A stretch of 64,000 nucleotides of DNA from Alphaproteobacteria bacterium. Its GTDB lineage: Bacteria > Pseudomonadota > Alphaproteobacteria > MPNO01 > UBA830. Position numbers and translations under genes: made by a program. Where the stretch lies: contig OZ251539.1 of the NCBI GenBank assembly GCA_965243135.1, positions 256,001 to 320,000 on the forward strand. The letters run 5' to 3'. Positions 30,800-43,419 of the stretch are shown piece after piece (position 1 is the first letter of the stretch; the number at the start of each line of letters is the position of its first letter). The notes under the pieces were generated by a model, which did no database searches, had not been told where the DNA came from, and was given only the letters and a program-made list of their open reading frames with translations.

Positions 30800-31797
30800 C
30801 CCTTCCCGGCGTGCTATTCGTTCCCTATCGCGAAACTCTTGACCTGCTGAATGTCGAGGAGGCGATGGAAATCTGCGAGCGGGTCTATCTCATGCATGCG
30901 CGCGGCGCGGTGCAATGGTCGCGCCCGCCGTCGTGGAAACTCGACGCCGGAGCCCCATGGCACAATCACTGGCACGTCAAGGGCGCGTTCTTGCCCGAAA
31001 TCCCGGCGACCGGAGTGCGCATGTACAACTATTACGACGACGGCGTGCGCAACACGGTCGGCCGCCTGGAATGCGCGCGCTACATCCTGTTGACGGATCC
31101 GTCGACCGGTCATGCGAAGGCGATCGTCGAAGAGCACTGGGCGTATGCGATTCGCAGCGCCGCGGCCGCGATTCTGCCGCTTCGATGGCTTGGGCCGGCG
31201 GACCCGAAGGTCCTCGGCCTGGTCGGCGTCGGCACGATGGGCGCGAACGCGCTGCGCTGTCTGCTGACGATGTACGAATTCGAGAGGATCGTCTGCACCT
31301 CGCGCCGTCCGGAAACTCGCGACGCCTTCGCGCGGGAGTGGTCGGAGAAACTGGGCATCGACGTCGAGCCGGCGGAGACGGTCGAAGAAGTGGTTCGCGC
31401 CGCCGACGTCGGCGTCGGGGGCACGACGTCGACCGATGTCGTGGCGCGGGAGGAATGGGTGAAGCCGGGCGCGACTTACGTGTCGCTGGCGCGCCGCGAG
31501 ATGGATCCGGCGGGCTGGAAGCGTTTCGACAAGGTCGTTCTTGACGATTGGGAAGCGAACATGATGAACGGCGAGTTCGTCGAATTCGTGGAACGGGGGC
31601 TGTTTTCGCGCGACCGGCTGCACGGCGAGATCTGCGACGTCGTTTCCGGCGAGGTCGCGGGCCGGGAAAACGTCGACGAACGCATTCTCGTCCACACTAC
31701 GGGACTTGTTTCGCAGGACATCGCCATTTGCCACCGGATCTGCGAAAAGGCTGCGGCGAAGGGCGTCGGCATCGCGCTGCCGCCTACGGACGGGTGA
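30796..31797 (+). CDS. Ornithine cyclodeaminase/mu-crystallin family protein
   Basis: GTGA overlap; IRSAAA, GLVGVGTMG, GR...DERI...TTGLVSQDIA. Confidence 0.85.
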   Translation: MTLPGVLFVPYRETLDLLNVEEAMEICERVYLMHARGAVQWSRPPSWKLDAGAPWHNHWHVKGAFLPEIPATGVRMYNYYDDGVRNTVGRLECARYILLTDPSTGHAKAIVEEHWAYAIRSAAAAILPLRWLGPADPKVLGLVGVGTMGANALRCLLTMYEFERIVCTSRRPETRDAFAREWSEKLGIDVEPAETVEEVVRAADVGVGGTTSTDVVAREEWVKPGATYVSLARREMDPAGWKRFDKVVLDDWEANMMNGEFVEFVERGLFSRDRLHGEICDVVSGEVAGRENVDERILVHTTGLVSQDIAICHRICEKAAAKGVGIALPPTDG

Positions 31798-31885
31798 ACT
31801 GCGTCGCGGACGCCGTCGCGCCGGCCCGGGAGCCGCGGACGCCGCAGCCCGGCGTTTCGAGGCGCGGCGATCGGGAGAACGACGG

Positions 31886-32743
31886 ATGGGTAACAGGCTG
31901 AACGGCGTCATTCGCGCGCTCGAGCGGGGCGGTCCGGCGTTCGCCGCTTTCGCTCCGATCGACGTCCAGACCGCGGTCGCGATGGCGGCGTCGAAATACG
32001 ACGGCGTCGTCTTCGAGGGCGAGCACGCGCCCTGGGACATCGTGGCGCTTCGGGATTCCCTCCAGTTCATGCTCGATCCGCGCCGGATCGCCGCGTCCGG
32101 TTCCGTGGCGCCGCCCGTGACTCCCCTTTGCCGGATACCCGTCAACGGCGTCGAGAAAGGCCAGTGGCACGCCAAGCAGGCGCTCGACACCGGGGTCTAC
32201 GGCGTGGTCTGGCCGCATGTGAGCACCGTCGAGGAGGCTTGCAACGCCGTCGCGGCCTGCCGCTATCCGCGGCTGGCCGACAAGCCGCTCTACGAGCCGC
32301 GGGGGATTCGCGGGGACGGACCCGCCCGCGCGGCCCGCTACTGGGGGATCGCGCAGCAGGAATACTATGCCTGCGCCGACGTCTGGCCGCTCGATCCCGA
32401 CGGCGAGATCTTCGTGGTGATCCAGATCGAGGACACGGCCGGCGTCGAAAATCTGTCCGACATTCTGGAAAACGTGCCCGGCATCGGCGCGGTGTTGATC
32501 GGCGAAGGCGATCTCGGCCAGGAGCTCGGATTTCCGCGGCAGTACGACCATCCCGCTTTGCTCGACGCGATCGCCCGGGTGGTCGACGTCTGCAAGCGGA
32601 AAAACGTGATCGCGGGCCATCCCCATGCCGGCGCGGACAATATGCAGGACCTTCTCGATCAGGGGTTCCGCTTTTTGATGGCGGCCCCGCGGCGCAGCTA
32701 CGAGGATCTGGAGAAGGGGCTCGAACTGTCGGGACGGAATTGA
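31886..32743 (+). CDS. HpcH/HpaI aldolase family protein
   Basis: FEGEH, CRIP, KQALDTG, CRYP, QIED, IGEGDL. Confidence 0.87.
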   Translation: MGNRLNGVIRALERGGPAFAAFAPIDVQTAVAMAASKYDGVVFEGEHAPWDIVALRDSLQFMLDPRRIAASGSVAPPVTPLCRIPVNGVEKGQWHAKQALDTGVYGVVWPHVSTVEEACNAVAACRYPRLADKPLYEPRGIRGDGPARAARYWGIAQQEYYACADVWPLDPDGEIFVVIQIEDTAGVENLSDILENVPGIGAVLIGEGDLGQELGFPRQYDHPALLDAIARVVDVCKRKNVIAGHPHAGADNMQDLLDQGFRFLMAAPRRSYEDLEKGLELSGRN

Positions 32744-32801
32744 CGCGTTCCGCGCGGTCCTTCGGCGGGCGGCCGGGAGCGCGCGAAGACCGGCACGCTT
32801 T

Positions 32802-33413
32802 CTACGCGGCGAGTCCTCCGGCGCGCTCTATGAACGCCGCGATCTCCGCAACGCCGTCGCGCGCCTTGATGTTGGCGAACACGAAGGGCCGTTCGCCGCG
32901 CATTCTCCGGGAGTCCTTCTCCATTACGCCGAGATCCGCGCCGACCAGCGGCGCGAGGTCGATCTTGTTGATGACGAGAAGATCCGACCGGGTGATGCCG
33001 GGGCCGCCCTTGCGCGGAATCTTGTCGCCGGCCGATACGTCGATCACGTAGATCGTGATGTCCGCCAGTTCTGGGCTGAACGTGGCGGCGAGATTGTCGC
33101 CGCCGGATTCGATGAGGACGAGGTCGAGCGCCTGAAAGCGCGCCCGCAGGTCCGCGATGGCCGCAAGGTTGATCGAGGCGTCTTCCCTTATCGCGGTATG
33201 AGGGCAACCGCCGGTCTCGACGCCCGCGATGCGTTCGGCGGCGAGAGCGCCCGAACGCGTCAGGAACTCCGCGTCCTCCCTCGTATAGATGTCGTTGGTT
33301 ACGACGGCGATTTCGTGGTCGCCGCGCATGCGCTTGCAGAGCGCGTCGACGAGCGCGGTCTTGCCCGAGCCTACGGGACCGCCGACGCCGACGCGGAGGG
33401 GGCCGTTCGTCAT
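32802..33413 (-). CDS. ureG: Urease accessory GTPase
   Basis: [34 protein letters not shown]. Confidence 0.97.
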   Translation of the reverse strand: MTNGPLRVGVGGPVGSGKTALVDALCKRMRGDHEIAVVTNDIYTREDAEFLTRSGALAAERIAGVETGGCPHTAIREDASINLAAIADLRARFQALDLVLIESGGDNLAATFSPELADITIYVIDVSAGDKIPRKGGPGITRSDLLVINKIDLAPLVGADLGVMEKDSRRMRGERPFVFANIKARDGVAEIAAFIERAGGLAA

Positions 33414-34075
33414 GATCTGAAGAGCCTCGTGTACTGGGTTTCGTGACGCATCGACGCGAGGTCGAGCAGCGGCGCCGCCGTTCCGATGTCCGTCATCGGC
33501 ACGATCCGCGTGGCGGCTTCCGCGACCGTTCCGGCGAGCGCCGCAAGCGCGCGTTGGCCGTCGGTCTGGCCGAGCGGAATCAGCCGCATTCCCGCCGAAA
33601 CGAGGTTGGCGGCGAAGGCGTGGAACCAGGCGCGCAACGCGGTCTCGACCGGGATTCCGTGGCCGGCGCACGCCGCCGCCACGGCTACCGGGTAGGTCGC
33701 TTCGTCGTCCAGGCGGTCGAGCGCTTCCGTCGGCCACGCCGAACGGGTGCACTTCAGGAACGCTTCGCCCTGCGCGCGGCTTTCCAGCGCCAGTTCCATC
33801 GTCGCCTGGAACGCGCGGCCCAGCCTCGCGGCTTCGTTGAGCCGCTTCCAGTCCCGGCCGAGCGCGGCGGCGTGGGACTCGCGGAACAGGACGCCGTCGA
33901 CCCTGCCGCTGCCGTCCAGAAGCGCCGCCGCGACCCAGTCGGCGAGGTCGTCCGCATGCGCCACGTCTCCGGCCTCGACCGCGTATTCCAGGCCGTGGCT
34001 GTAGGAAAACGCGCCGACCGGATAGCCCGGCGAGAGCCAGGTCAGCAACCGGTACAGGGCGCCGTCAGCGATCAT
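33410..34075 (-). CDS. ureF: Urease accessory protein
   Basis: [18 protein letters not shown] ... [11 protein letters not shown]. Confidence 0.96.
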   Translation of the reverse strand: MIADGALYRLLTWLSPGYPVGAFSYSHGLEYAVEAGDVAHADDLADWVAAALLDGSGRVDGVLFRESHAAALGRDWKRLNEAARLGRAFQATMELALESRAQGEAFLKCTRSAWPTEALDRLDDEATYPVAVAAACAGHGIPVETALRAWFHAFAANLVSAGMRLIPLGQTDGQRALAALAGTVAEAATRIVPMTDIGTAAPLLDLASMRHETQYTRLFRS

Positions 34076-34504
34076 GGCCGCCGCGGTCGTATGCGCCGCG
34101 TTCCGGGTCGAACGGCGCGCGGACCGGCGTGACCGTTGCGCCCAGGCCGCGCAGCATGTCCTCGATGACGCGGTCGCGCCGGATCAGGATGCGGTCGGCG
34201 CGGATGTCCGCCGGACAATGCCGGTTTCCCAGGTGCCAGCCGATGCGGGTCAGGCCGTTTTCGCAAGTCACTTCGGCGAGGTCCTCGGCTGCCGCCCGCA
34301 CTTCGATCCAGCCGCCGTCCGCGAGTTCGAGCCCGTCGCCGTCCGCCAGAGCGACGGCTTCGGGAAGGTCCAGCAATACGTCGCCGCCGTCGCAGGGAAG
34401 CCGAATGCGCCGGCGGCGGCGGTTGTCGCTGTCGAGGGTCACCGAACCGACGGCGGAGGCCGGCGGCCACTCTCCGCGCTTCGCGGCTGCGACCGCGCGC
34501 CGCA

Positions 34505-34505
<1 letters not shown>
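34065..34505 (-). CDS. ureE: Urease accessory nickel chaperone
   Basis: RRRRRIRL, LADGDGL, WHLGNRH, PFDPERGAY. Confidence 0.92.
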
Positions 34506-36217
<1,712 letters not shown>

Positions 36218-36220
36218 GCC

Positions 36221-36532
36221 TCAATCCTCCAGCCTGCCGTCGATCCTGCCCTTGAAGCCGCGGACGACGCGGGCGCCGGCGTAGGCGACGAGGCGCACGG
36301 CGCGGCGCTGTCCCGGCTCGAACCGCGCGGCGGTGCCGGCCGGGATGTCCAGGCGGAATCCGCGCGCCGCCGCGCGGTCGAACGACAGGGCGTCGTTGGT
36401 CTCGAAGAAGTGGTAGTGGGATCCGACCTGTATCGGGCGGTCTCCGGTATTGGACACGTCCAGTTCGACGGTTTCGCGTCCCTCGTTGGCGACGACGGAG
36501 CCCGCCGCCGGGATGATTTCACCCGGTTTCAT
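36221..36532 (-). CDS. ureB: Urease beta subunit
   Basis: [30 protein letters not shown]. Confidence 0.98.
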   Translation of the reverse strand: MKPGEIIPAAGSVVANEGRETVELDVSNTGDRPIQVGSHYHFFETNDALSFDRAAARGFRLDIPAGTAARFEPGQRRAVRLVAYAGARVVRGFKGRIDGRLED

Positions 36533-36542
36533 GGCGTTCCTC

Positions 36543-36845
36543 TCAACGTATCGGGTCGTGGACGGTCACCAGCTTCGTGCCGTCGGGAAAGGTGGCTTCG
36601 ACCTGGACGTCATGGATCATCTCGGGGATTCCTTCCATGACCTGATCGCGCGACAGCACCGTCGCGCCGTCCCGCATCAGCTCGGCGACGGACTTGCCGT
36701 CGCGCGCGCCTTCGACGACGTAGTCGGTGATCAACGCCACGGCTTCGGGGTGGTTCAGCCTGACGCCGCGCTCGAGGCGCCGCCGCGCGACCATCGCCGC
36801 CGCGGCCGCCAGCAGCTTGTCCTTCTCCCTCGGCGAAAGTCGCAT
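36543..36845 (-). CDS. ureA: Urease gamma subunit
   Basis: [29 protein letters not shown]. Confidence 0.98.
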   Translation of the reverse strand: MRLSPREKDKLLAAAAAMVARRRLERGVRLNHPEAVALITDYVVEGARDGKSVAELMRDGATVLSRDQVMEGIPEMIHDVQVEATFPDGTKLVTVHDPIR

Positions 36846-36861
36846 GCGCTCTTCCTTGCGT

Positions 36862-37692
36862 TCAGATTTCCCATACCCGCGGCACGCGCGCCGGACAACC
36901 GGGGACGCGGCGGCGCAGCGCGGTCCAGAGCTCGGCGAATTCGCGGCGCAGCGCGGCGGCGTCGGCGCCGGCGAAGCGGGCGATCACGATGTCGTCCATG
37001 CGCGTGGCGCCTCCGGCGATGCGGCGCGCGGTCTCCAGGCAGTCTCCGGCGAACGGCCCGCAACATACGAGCGTCCCGAGCGCGGCCGCGCCGGAAAACG
37101 TGTACCTGTTGCGGAACCGGGACGCCAGATCGCCGTCGAGATGCAAGGCGTCGACCCAGACCGGAACGCCGCCGCGGCGAATCGTCCAGCTGTCGCGCAG
37201 CAGGCCGCGGCTGAAGGTTTCGGCGCGGGCGCGGCGTCCGAAGACCACGATCTCGCCGGCGATCAGCCCGCCCGCCGCCGCGACGTCGATCCGCGTGTCG
37301 CGCCTCAGCCGCGCGCCGTCGAAGAGAATCGTCTCCTGCGGCATCCATTCGAGGAACGCCCCGCTTTCCACGCGGACGGCGACGTCGATCTTCGCTTCCG
37401 GGCCCGCGGATCGATAGATTTTTTCCGCGGCCTGCGTCGTCACCGCGGCGGCCGCGCCCTTTTCCGCCGCGATCTCGATGCGCAGCCTGTCGCCGCCCGC
37501 GACGCCGCCCGACGTGACGGCGAGGACGGCCTCCATGGGAGCGTCCGCGGGCGCGCGGGGAAACAGCATCCTGCAGGGCGCGGCCTGATAGAGATGGCGC
37601 AGCGCGGTCTTGCCGTCCTTCCGCCCGACGACGAGTTCCAGCGCTCCGTCGGCCCGAACCAGGCGGTCAGACGGTAAGGCGCCGTCGTACAT
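36862..37692 (-). CDS. ureD: Urease accessory protein
   Basis: [38 protein letters not shown]. Confidence 0.93.
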   Translation of the reverse strand: MYDGALPSDRLVRADGALELVVGRKDGKTALRHLYQAAPCRMLFPRAPADAPMEAVLAVTSGGVAGGDRLRIEIAAEKGAAAAVTTQAAEKIYRSAGPEAKIDVAVRVESGAFLEWMPQETILFDGARLRRDTRIDVAAAGGLIAGEIVVFGRRARAETFSRGLLRDSWTIRRGGVPVWVDALHLDGDLASRFRNRYTFSGAAALGTLVCCGPFAGDCLETARRIAGGATRMDDIVIARFAGADAAALRREFAELWTALRRRVPGCPARVPRVWEI

Positions 37693-38362
37693 CGGCTTCG
37701 GCCATTTCTTCCGCCGCGCCCGACATCACGATCTCGCCCCGTTCCATCACGGCGTAGTCGTGCATCAGATCGCGCGCGAAATCGAAATATTGCTCCACCA
37801 GGACGATCGCCATGTCGCCGCGGGCGACCAGTTCGCGGATGACGGAGCCGATCTGCCTGATGACGGACGGCTGGATGCCTTCGGTCGGCTCGTCGAGCAG
37901 CAACAGGCGGGGCCGCGTGACGAGCGCGCGCGCGATGGCGAGTTGCTGCTGCTGTCCGCCGGAGAGATCGCCGCCGCGCCGGCCGGGCATCTCCTTCAGA
38001 ACGGGAAACAGTTCGAAGATCTCCGCGGGGATGAAGCGCTGCTTCCGCGGCGCCGCCGCGTACCCCGTCTTCAGGTTCTCCTCGACGGTCAGCAGGGGAA
38101 AGATCTCGCGTCCCTGCGGAACGAAAGCGATTCCGGCGGCGGCGCGGGCGTGCGGCGGCGCGCGCGTGACGTCCTTCCCCTCCCATTCCACGGCGCCGCG
38201 GCGCGGCCGCGCATGTCCCATGATCGCGCGGAGAAGGCTGGTCTTGCCCACGCCGTTGCGTCCGAGCACGCACGTCACGGCGCCCTTGCGCGCCGTCAGC
38301 CCGACTCCGCGGAGCGCGCGGCTGGCGCCGTAGAAGAGGTCGATTTGCCTGACGACGAGCAT
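37667..38362 (-). CDS. urtE: Urea ABC transporter ATPase
   Basis: GRNGVGKT, VPQGREIF, LSGGQQQQLAIARAL, DEPTEGIQP. Confidence 0.95.
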   Translation of the reverse strand: MLVVRQIDLFYGASRALRGVGLTARKGAVTCVLGRNGVGKTSLLRAIMGHARPRRGAVEWEGKDVTRAPPHARAAAGIAFVPQGREIFPLLTVEENLKTGYAAAPRKQRFIPAEIFELFPVLKEMPGRRGGDLSGGQQQQLAIARALVTRPRLLLLDEPTEGIQPSVIRQIGSVIRELVARGDMAIVLVEQYFDFARDLMHDYAVMERGEIVMSGAAEEMAEADVRRRLTV

Positions 38363-38365
38363 CGA

Positions 38366-39133
38366 TCAGCGTCCCAGATAGACTTCGATGACCCGGTCGT
38401 CGTTCTGGACGGTATCGATCGAGCCTTCGGCGAGCACGGAGCCTTCGTGCAGCACGGTGACGCGGGTGTCGAGCGCGCGCACGAACTCCATGTCGTGTTC
38501 GACGACGACCACCGAGTGCCTCCGCTCCGCGATGCCGCGCAGCAACGCGGCGGTCTGCTCGGTCTCGGCGTCGGTCATGCCGGCGACAGGTTCGTCGACC
38601 AGCAGGAGATCGGGATCCTGCATCAGCAGCATGCCGATCTCAAGCCATTGCTTCTGACCGTGCGACAGCTCGCCCGCCTTGCGGCCCCGCGAGGCGGCGA
38701 GCCCGGCGAGGTCGAGCGCTTCGTCGATGCGGTCGAGATCGGCGGCCGTCGGGCGGAAGAACAGGGAGCGCCGCGCCTTTCGATCCGATTTGAGGGCGAT
38801 CTCGAGGTTCTCCCGCACGGAGTGGTTCTCCAGAACGGACGGCTTCTGGAACTTGCGGCCGATGCCCAGCTGCGCGATGCCGGCTTCGTCCAGCCGCGTC
38901 AGATCGGTCGTTCCGCGGAAGACGACCTCGCCGGCGTCCGGGCGGGTCTTGCCGGTCGCGACGTCCATCATCGTCGTCTTGCCCGCGCCGTTGGGGCCGA
39001 TGACGGCGCGCATCTCGCCGGGTTCGACGAAGAAGCTGAGCGAATTCAGCGCCTTGAAGCCGTCGAAGCTGACCGATACGCCGTCCATGTAAAGAACGGG
39101 CGCCCTGTCGGGATCCATCTTGATTTCAGCCAT
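38366..39133 (-). CDS. urtD: Urea ABC transporter ATPase
   Basis: GPNGAGKTT, GIGRKFQKP, LSHGQKQWLEIGM, VIEVYLGR. Confidence 0.95.
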   Translation of the reverse strand: MAEIKMDPDRAPVLYMDGVSVSFDGFKALNSLSFFVEPGEMRAVIGPNGAGKTTMMDVATGKTRPDAGEVVFRGTTDLTRLDEAGIAQLGIGRKFQKPSVLENHSVRENLEIALKSDRKARRSLFFRPTAADLDRIDEALDLAGLAASRGRKAGELSHGQKQWLEIGMLLMQDPDLLLVDEPVAGMTDAETEQTAALLRGIAERRHSVVVVEHDMEFVRALDTRVTVLHEGSVLAEGSIDTVQNDDRVIEVYLGR

Positions 39134-40226
39134 CGGGCCGGACCGGTTTCCTGAGGCGGCCGAACGCGGGCGCGGCGCCGGCGATCCCCTTCGGCAGGAA
39201 CAGGGTGACGGCGACGAACAGCCCGCCGAGCGCGAAGAGCCACAGCTCCGGCAAGGCGCCGGTGAACCATGTCTTCGCGTAGTTCACCAGAACGGCGCCC
39301 AGCGCCGCTCCGTGGAGCGAGCCGCGTCCGCCCACCGCGACCCAGATCACGATCTCGATGGAAGCGGCGGGCGCGAACTCGCCTGGGTTGACGATGCCGA
39401 CCTGGGGCACGTAGAGTGCGCCCGCGACCCCCGCCAGCGCCGCCGACAACGTGAAGGCGAACAGCTTGTAGTGCTCGACGCGGTAACCCAGGAACCGGAC
39501 GCGGTCCTCGGCGTCGCGTATGCCGATCAACACCCGGCCGAGCCTCGACGCGACGACGAAGCGGCAGAGGAGGTAGCCCAGCGCCAGCGAGACCGCGGAC
39601 GCGGCGAACAGCCCCGCCCGCGTTTCGTCGGAACGCAGGGCGAAGCCGAGGATGTCCTTGAAGTCGGTCAGGCCGTTGTTCCCGCCGAAACCCATGTCGT
39701 TGCGGAAGAAGGCGAGCATCAGGGCGTAGGTCATCGCCTGGGTGATGATCGAGAAATAGACGCCGGTGACGCGCGACCGGAACGCCAGCCATCCGAACGC
39801 GAACGCGAGCGCGGCCGGCGCGGCCATCGCCATCAGGACGGCGAAACCGAACTCGTCGAAGCCCCGCCAGTACCAGGGGAGTTCCTTCCAGTCGAGGAAC
39901 ACCATGAAGTCTGGCAGGACGGGGTGTCCGTAGACGCCGCGATCGCCGATCCGCCGCATCAGGTGCATGCCCATCGCGTAGCCGCCGAGGGCGAAGAAGG
40001 CGCCGTGACCGAGGCTCAGTATGCCGCAGAAGCCCCAGACCAGATCGACGCTCAGCGCGAGCAGGGCGAAGCACAGGTACTTGCCGAGCAGCGAGACCAT
40101 CCAGGTCGGGACGTGGAACGCGGAATCCTCCGGAACCAGCAGGTTGAACGCCGGGACGAGGACGGCCGCCGCGAACAGAACGGCGAGGAAAACGCGGCTG
40201 CCGCGGTCGGAGAGGAGGGCGCTCAC
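39126..40226 (-). CDS. urtC: Urea ABC transporter permease
   Basis: DLVWGFCGILSLGHG, LPDFMVF, FRSRVTGVYFSIITQA, GGNNGLTDF, WVAVGGRG; GTG start. Confidence 0.93.
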   Translation of the reverse strand: MSALLSDRGSRVFLAVLFAAAVLVPAFNLLVPEDSAFHVPTWMVSLLGKYLCFALLALSVDLVWGFCGILSLGHGAFFALGGYAMGMHLMRRIGDRGVYGHPVLPDFMVFLDWKELPWYWRGFDEFGFAVLMAMAAPAALAFAFGWLAFRSRVTGVYFSIITQAMTYALMLAFFRNDMGFGGNNGLTDFKDILGFALRSDETRAGLFAASAVSLALGYLLCRFVVASRLGRVLIGIRDAEDRVRFLGYRVEHYKLFAFTLSAALAGVAGALYVPQVGIVNPGEFAPAASIEIVIWVAVGGRGSLHGAALGAVLVNYAKTWFTGALPELWLFALGGLFVAVTLFLPKGIAGAAPAFGRLRKPVRPDG

Positions 40227-41839
40227 GCTTCCGCCGCCCGTCCCCTGAGGGCGAACAGGCCGCGCGGCCGCTTCTGGATGAACAGGATAACGGCGACAAG
40301 GATCAGGATCTTCGCGAGAACCGCGCCGGACCAGGATTCGAGAAGCTTGTTGGCGATTCCGAGCGTCGTCGCCCCGAACAGCGTGCCCAGCAGATTGCCG
40401 ACGCCGCCGAAGACGACGACCATGAACGAATCGACGATGTAGGCCTGCCCGAGATTGGGGCTGACGTTGTCGATCTGGCTGAGCGCGACGCCGCCCATCC
40501 CCGCGATTCCGGATCCGAGGCCGAAGGTGAGAGCGTCGACGCGCCCGGTGCGGATGCCCATGGCGCTCGCCATGCGGCGGTTCTGCGTGACGGCGCGCAT
40601 CTGGAGGCCAAGCGCCGTCTTCCGAAGAACGAGCGCGAGGAGCGCGACCACCAGCAGGCTGAACGCGATGATCCAGATGCGGTTGTGGGTGAGCAACACG
40701 CCCCCTTGCAGCTCGATGGCGCCGCTCATCCAGCTCGGGCTGCTCACCTCCCGGTTCGTGGGGCCGAACGCGGTGCGGACGAGCTGCTGCAAGACGAGGC
40801 TCAGCCCCCAGGTGGCGAGCAGGGTTTCCAGCGGGCGGGCGTACAGGAACCGGATGATTCCGCGCTCGATGGCGATGCCGGCGGTGCCGGCGGCCGCGAA
40901 GGCGGCCGGGACCGCCGCCGCGAGCGACCAGTCGAGGGCATGCGGGAAGTGCGCCCGGAACGCCTCCTGCACCACGAAGGCGGCGTAGGCGCCGATCATG
41001 ATCATTTCGCCGTGGGCCATGTTGATGACGCCCATCACGCCGAAGGTGATGGCGAGGCCGATCGCGGCGAGCAGCAGGACGGAACCCAGGCTGAGGCCGG
41101 TGAACAGTTGCCCGAGCAGGTCCCAGAGGAACACGCGCCGCTCGATGTCTTGCAGCGCCGCCTGCGCCGCCTCCTTCAGGGCTCCGTCCTTCGCGGCGAT
41201 TCGCTTGAGCAGCGCGGAAACTTCGGGATCCGTGTGCTCGGCGAGGACTCCGACGGCGGCGGCCCGCGCGGCCGCGTCGTTCGAATGGGCGATTTCCGCC
41301 GCCGCGAGCGCGCGGGCGAGCGCGCGCTCCGCCTTCGGGTCGGTTTCCCGTTCGAGGGCGGTCCCGAGGACGGCGATCTGGCCGGGCCTGGGAGCCTTGA
41401 ACACGGCGTCCGCAGCGGAAATCCGGACTGCGGGATCCCGGCTCATCAGGTTCAGTCCGCCGACCGCGACGCGTATGGCGCGCCGCAGCCGGTTGTTGCT
41501 GCGCAGCCGCTTCAGCGCGCTTTTCGCGACCGGCGCGAGCGTCTCTCCGGTCGCCGCGTCGACGATCGAGAAGGTCGCGCCGTCGCGGCGGCCGACCACG
41601 AGCCTGCCGTCGGCCTTTCGGACGTAGAGTTTCCGTTCGAGCATCGCGGTCAGCACGTCCGCCGCCCGCGGGTGGCCGGTCGCCGCCATCCGGTTCACGG
41701 CCTCGACCATGGCGCCGTAGCTCCTCGCGTCGAGCGCCTGCACGGAGGCGGCGAAATCGGTTCCCGCCGCCGGCGCGCCGGCGGCGGCGAGCAGCAGGAC
41801 GGCGGCGAGCAATCTCGGGATCATCCGTCCTGCCGACAC
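40223..41839 (-). CDS. urtB: Urea ABC transporter permease with N-terminal periplasmic HEAT-like extension
   Basis: GLAITFGVMGVINMAHGE, RPLETLLATWG, RAVTQNR, DSFMVVVFGGVG; start could be 41824. Confidence 0.93.
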   Translation of the reverse strand: MSAGRMIPRLLAAVLLLAAAGAPAAGTDFAASVQALDARSYGAMVEAVNRMAATGHPRAADVLTAMLERKLYVRKADGRLVVGRRDGATFSIVDAATGETLAPVAKSALKRLRSNNRLRRAIRVAVGGLNLMSRDPAVRISAADAVFKAPRPGQIAVLGTALERETDPKAERALARALAAAEIAHSNDAAARAAAVGVLAEHTDPEVSALLKRIAAKDGALKEAAQAALQDIERRVFLWDLLGQLFTGLSLGSVLLLAAIGLAITFGVMGVINMAHGEMIMIGAYAAFVVQEAFRAHFPHALDWSLAAAVPAAFAAAGTAGIAIERGIIRFLYARPLETLLATWGLSLVLQQLVRTAFGPTNREVSSPSWMSGAIELQGGVLLTHNRIWIIAFSLLVVALLALVLRKTALGLQMRAVTQNRRMASAMGIRTGRVDALTFGLGSGIAGMGGVALSQIDNVSPNLGQAYIVDSFMVVVFGGVGNLLGTLFGATTLGIANKLLESWSGAVLAKILILVAVILFIQKRPRGLFALRGRAAEA

Positions 41840-41866
41840 GTCGCGGACGTTCTTCGCCCGTCGACG

Positions 41867-43141
41867 TCAGTTGTAACGGGGCTTTTCGCAGTTGCCGCAG
41901 ACCCATGGATAGGTCCAGTTCGCCGTCAACTTGCTGCTTTCGGCGATGAAATCCGACCAGGCGTCGCCCGCTACCGGTCCCGGGGTCTTCCAGACGGTCT
42001 CGAACTGGCCGTCGTCGAGAATCTCGCCGATCAGCACGGGCTTGGTCAGGTGGTGATTGGGCAGCATCTCGGCGACGGTGCCGGTAAGCGACGCGACCTT
42101 CTGCCCGTACATCGCCTGGCGAACCGCGTCGACGTCGGTCGTGCCGGCTTGCCTGACCGCCTGGGCCCACATGTTGAAGCCGATATAGTGCGCTTCCATG
42201 GGATCGTTGGTGACGCGCTTTTCGTCCTTGATGAAGGCGCGCCATCTGTCGATGAAGGCGTCGTTTTCCGGCGACTGCGCGCTCATGAAGTAGTTCCAGG
42301 CGGCGAGATGTCCGACGAGCGGGCTCGTGTCGATGCCGGAAAGCTCTTCCTCGCCGACGGAAAAGGCGACGACCGGAATGTCTTCGGCCTTGATGCCCTG
42401 ATTCGCGAGCTCCTTGTAGAACGGCACATTGGCGTCGCCGTTGATGGTGGAGACCACGGCCGTGTTCTTGCCGGCCGACGCGAACTTCTTCACGTCGGCG
42501 ACGATGGTCTGCCAGTCGGAATGGCCGAACGGCGTGTAGGTTTCCATGATGTCGGCATCGGACACGCCTTTCGACTTCAGGAACGCGCGCAGGATCTTGT
42601 TGGTCGTGCGCGGGTAAACGTAGTCCGTTCCCAGCAGCGCCCAGCGCTCGGCGGTGCCGCCGTCCTCGCTCATCAGGTACTCCACGGCCGGGATCGCCTG
42701 CTGGTTGGGGGCGGCGCCGGTATAGAACACGTTGCGCGAGCTTTCCTCGCCCTCGTACTGCACCGGATAGAACAGAAGGCCGTTGAGTTCCTCGAAAACC
42801 GGCAGGACCGATTTTCTGGAAACCGACGTCCAGCACCCGAAGACCACGTCCACCTTTTCCTTCTGGAGCAGTTCGCGCGCCTTCTCGGCGAAGAGCGGCC
42901 AGTTGGAGGCGGGATCGACGACTACCGGCTCGAGCTTTCTGCCGAGCAGCCCGCCTTTCCCGTTTTGCTCGTCGATCAGCATAAGCATCGTGTCCTTCAA
43001 CGTGGTCTCGCTGATCGCCATGGTGCCGGAAAGCGAGTGCAGGACACCGACCTTGATGGGTTCGGCCGCGTGGACGCCGGTGAACGCGACGCTCGCGGCC
43101 ACGGCTGCCGCGCCCGCGCGGCGGATGATTTTTGTCGTCAT
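41867..43141 (-). CDS. urtA: Urea ABC transporter substrate-binding protein
   Basis: IKVGVLHSLSGTMAISE, FGCWTSVSRK, YPVQYEG, GAAPNQQ, GTDYVYP. Confidence 0.96.
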   Translation of the reverse strand: MTTKIIRRAGAAAVAASVAFTGVHAAEPIKVGVLHSLSGTMAISETTLKDTMLMLIDEQNGKGGLLGRKLEPVVVDPASNWPLFAEKARELLQKEKVDVVFGCWTSVSRKSVLPVFEELNGLLFYPVQYEGEESSRNVFYTGAAPNQQAIPAVEYLMSEDGGTAERWALLGTDYVYPRTTNKILRAFLKSKGVSDADIMETYTPFGHSDWQTIVADVKKFASAGKNTAVVSTINGDANVPFYKELANQGIKAEDIPVVAFSVGEEELSGIDTSPLVGHLAAWNYFMSAQSPENDAFIDRWRAFIKDEKRVTNDPMEAHYIGFNMWAQAVRQAGTTDVDAVRQAMYGQKVASLTGTVAEMLPNHHLTKPVLIGEILDDGQFETVWKTPGPVAGDAWSDFIAESSKLTANWTYPWVCGNCEKPRYN

Positions 43142-43182
43142 GGTGACTGTTCCCGAACTGGTTTTGCACTGCAACATAGGAC

Positions 43183-43197
43183 GCAATTTTCGTGCCA
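43183..43197 (-). promoter_or_regulatory. sigma54 (-24/-12) promoter of the urt-ure operon
   Basis: TGGCAC-GAAAA-TTGC on the minus strand, exact consensus, about 40 bp upstream of urtA; possible weak NtrC-type site near 43295-43312. Confidence 0.85.
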
Positions 43198-43419
43198 AAC
43201 GGCGAGGGCGCGGCGGAATCGCGGATTTGCGACGGGATGGCGGGCGGCCGCGGCCGGTTGGACCGACGGTCGAATATCGCCGTCCGCAAGACAAGTGCCT
43301 ACAATTTAATCACGACGACGGAACGGAAACGCAGCGGTTTCGACTCGCCGAACCCTGCGGAAGCGGCGGGCATACGGGGGTCGGCAAAGGCCGAGCGGAC
43401 GCGTCCCTCGGCCGTGGGC

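Noticed and set aside
39126-43289. 1387-aa ORF and other long Arg/Gly/Pro-rich ORFs (e.g. 17003-20038, 57349-60855, 11643-14027)
   Set aside because: Shadow frames of real genes in high-GC DNA; only the last 366 aa of the 1387-aa ORF (urtC) is real
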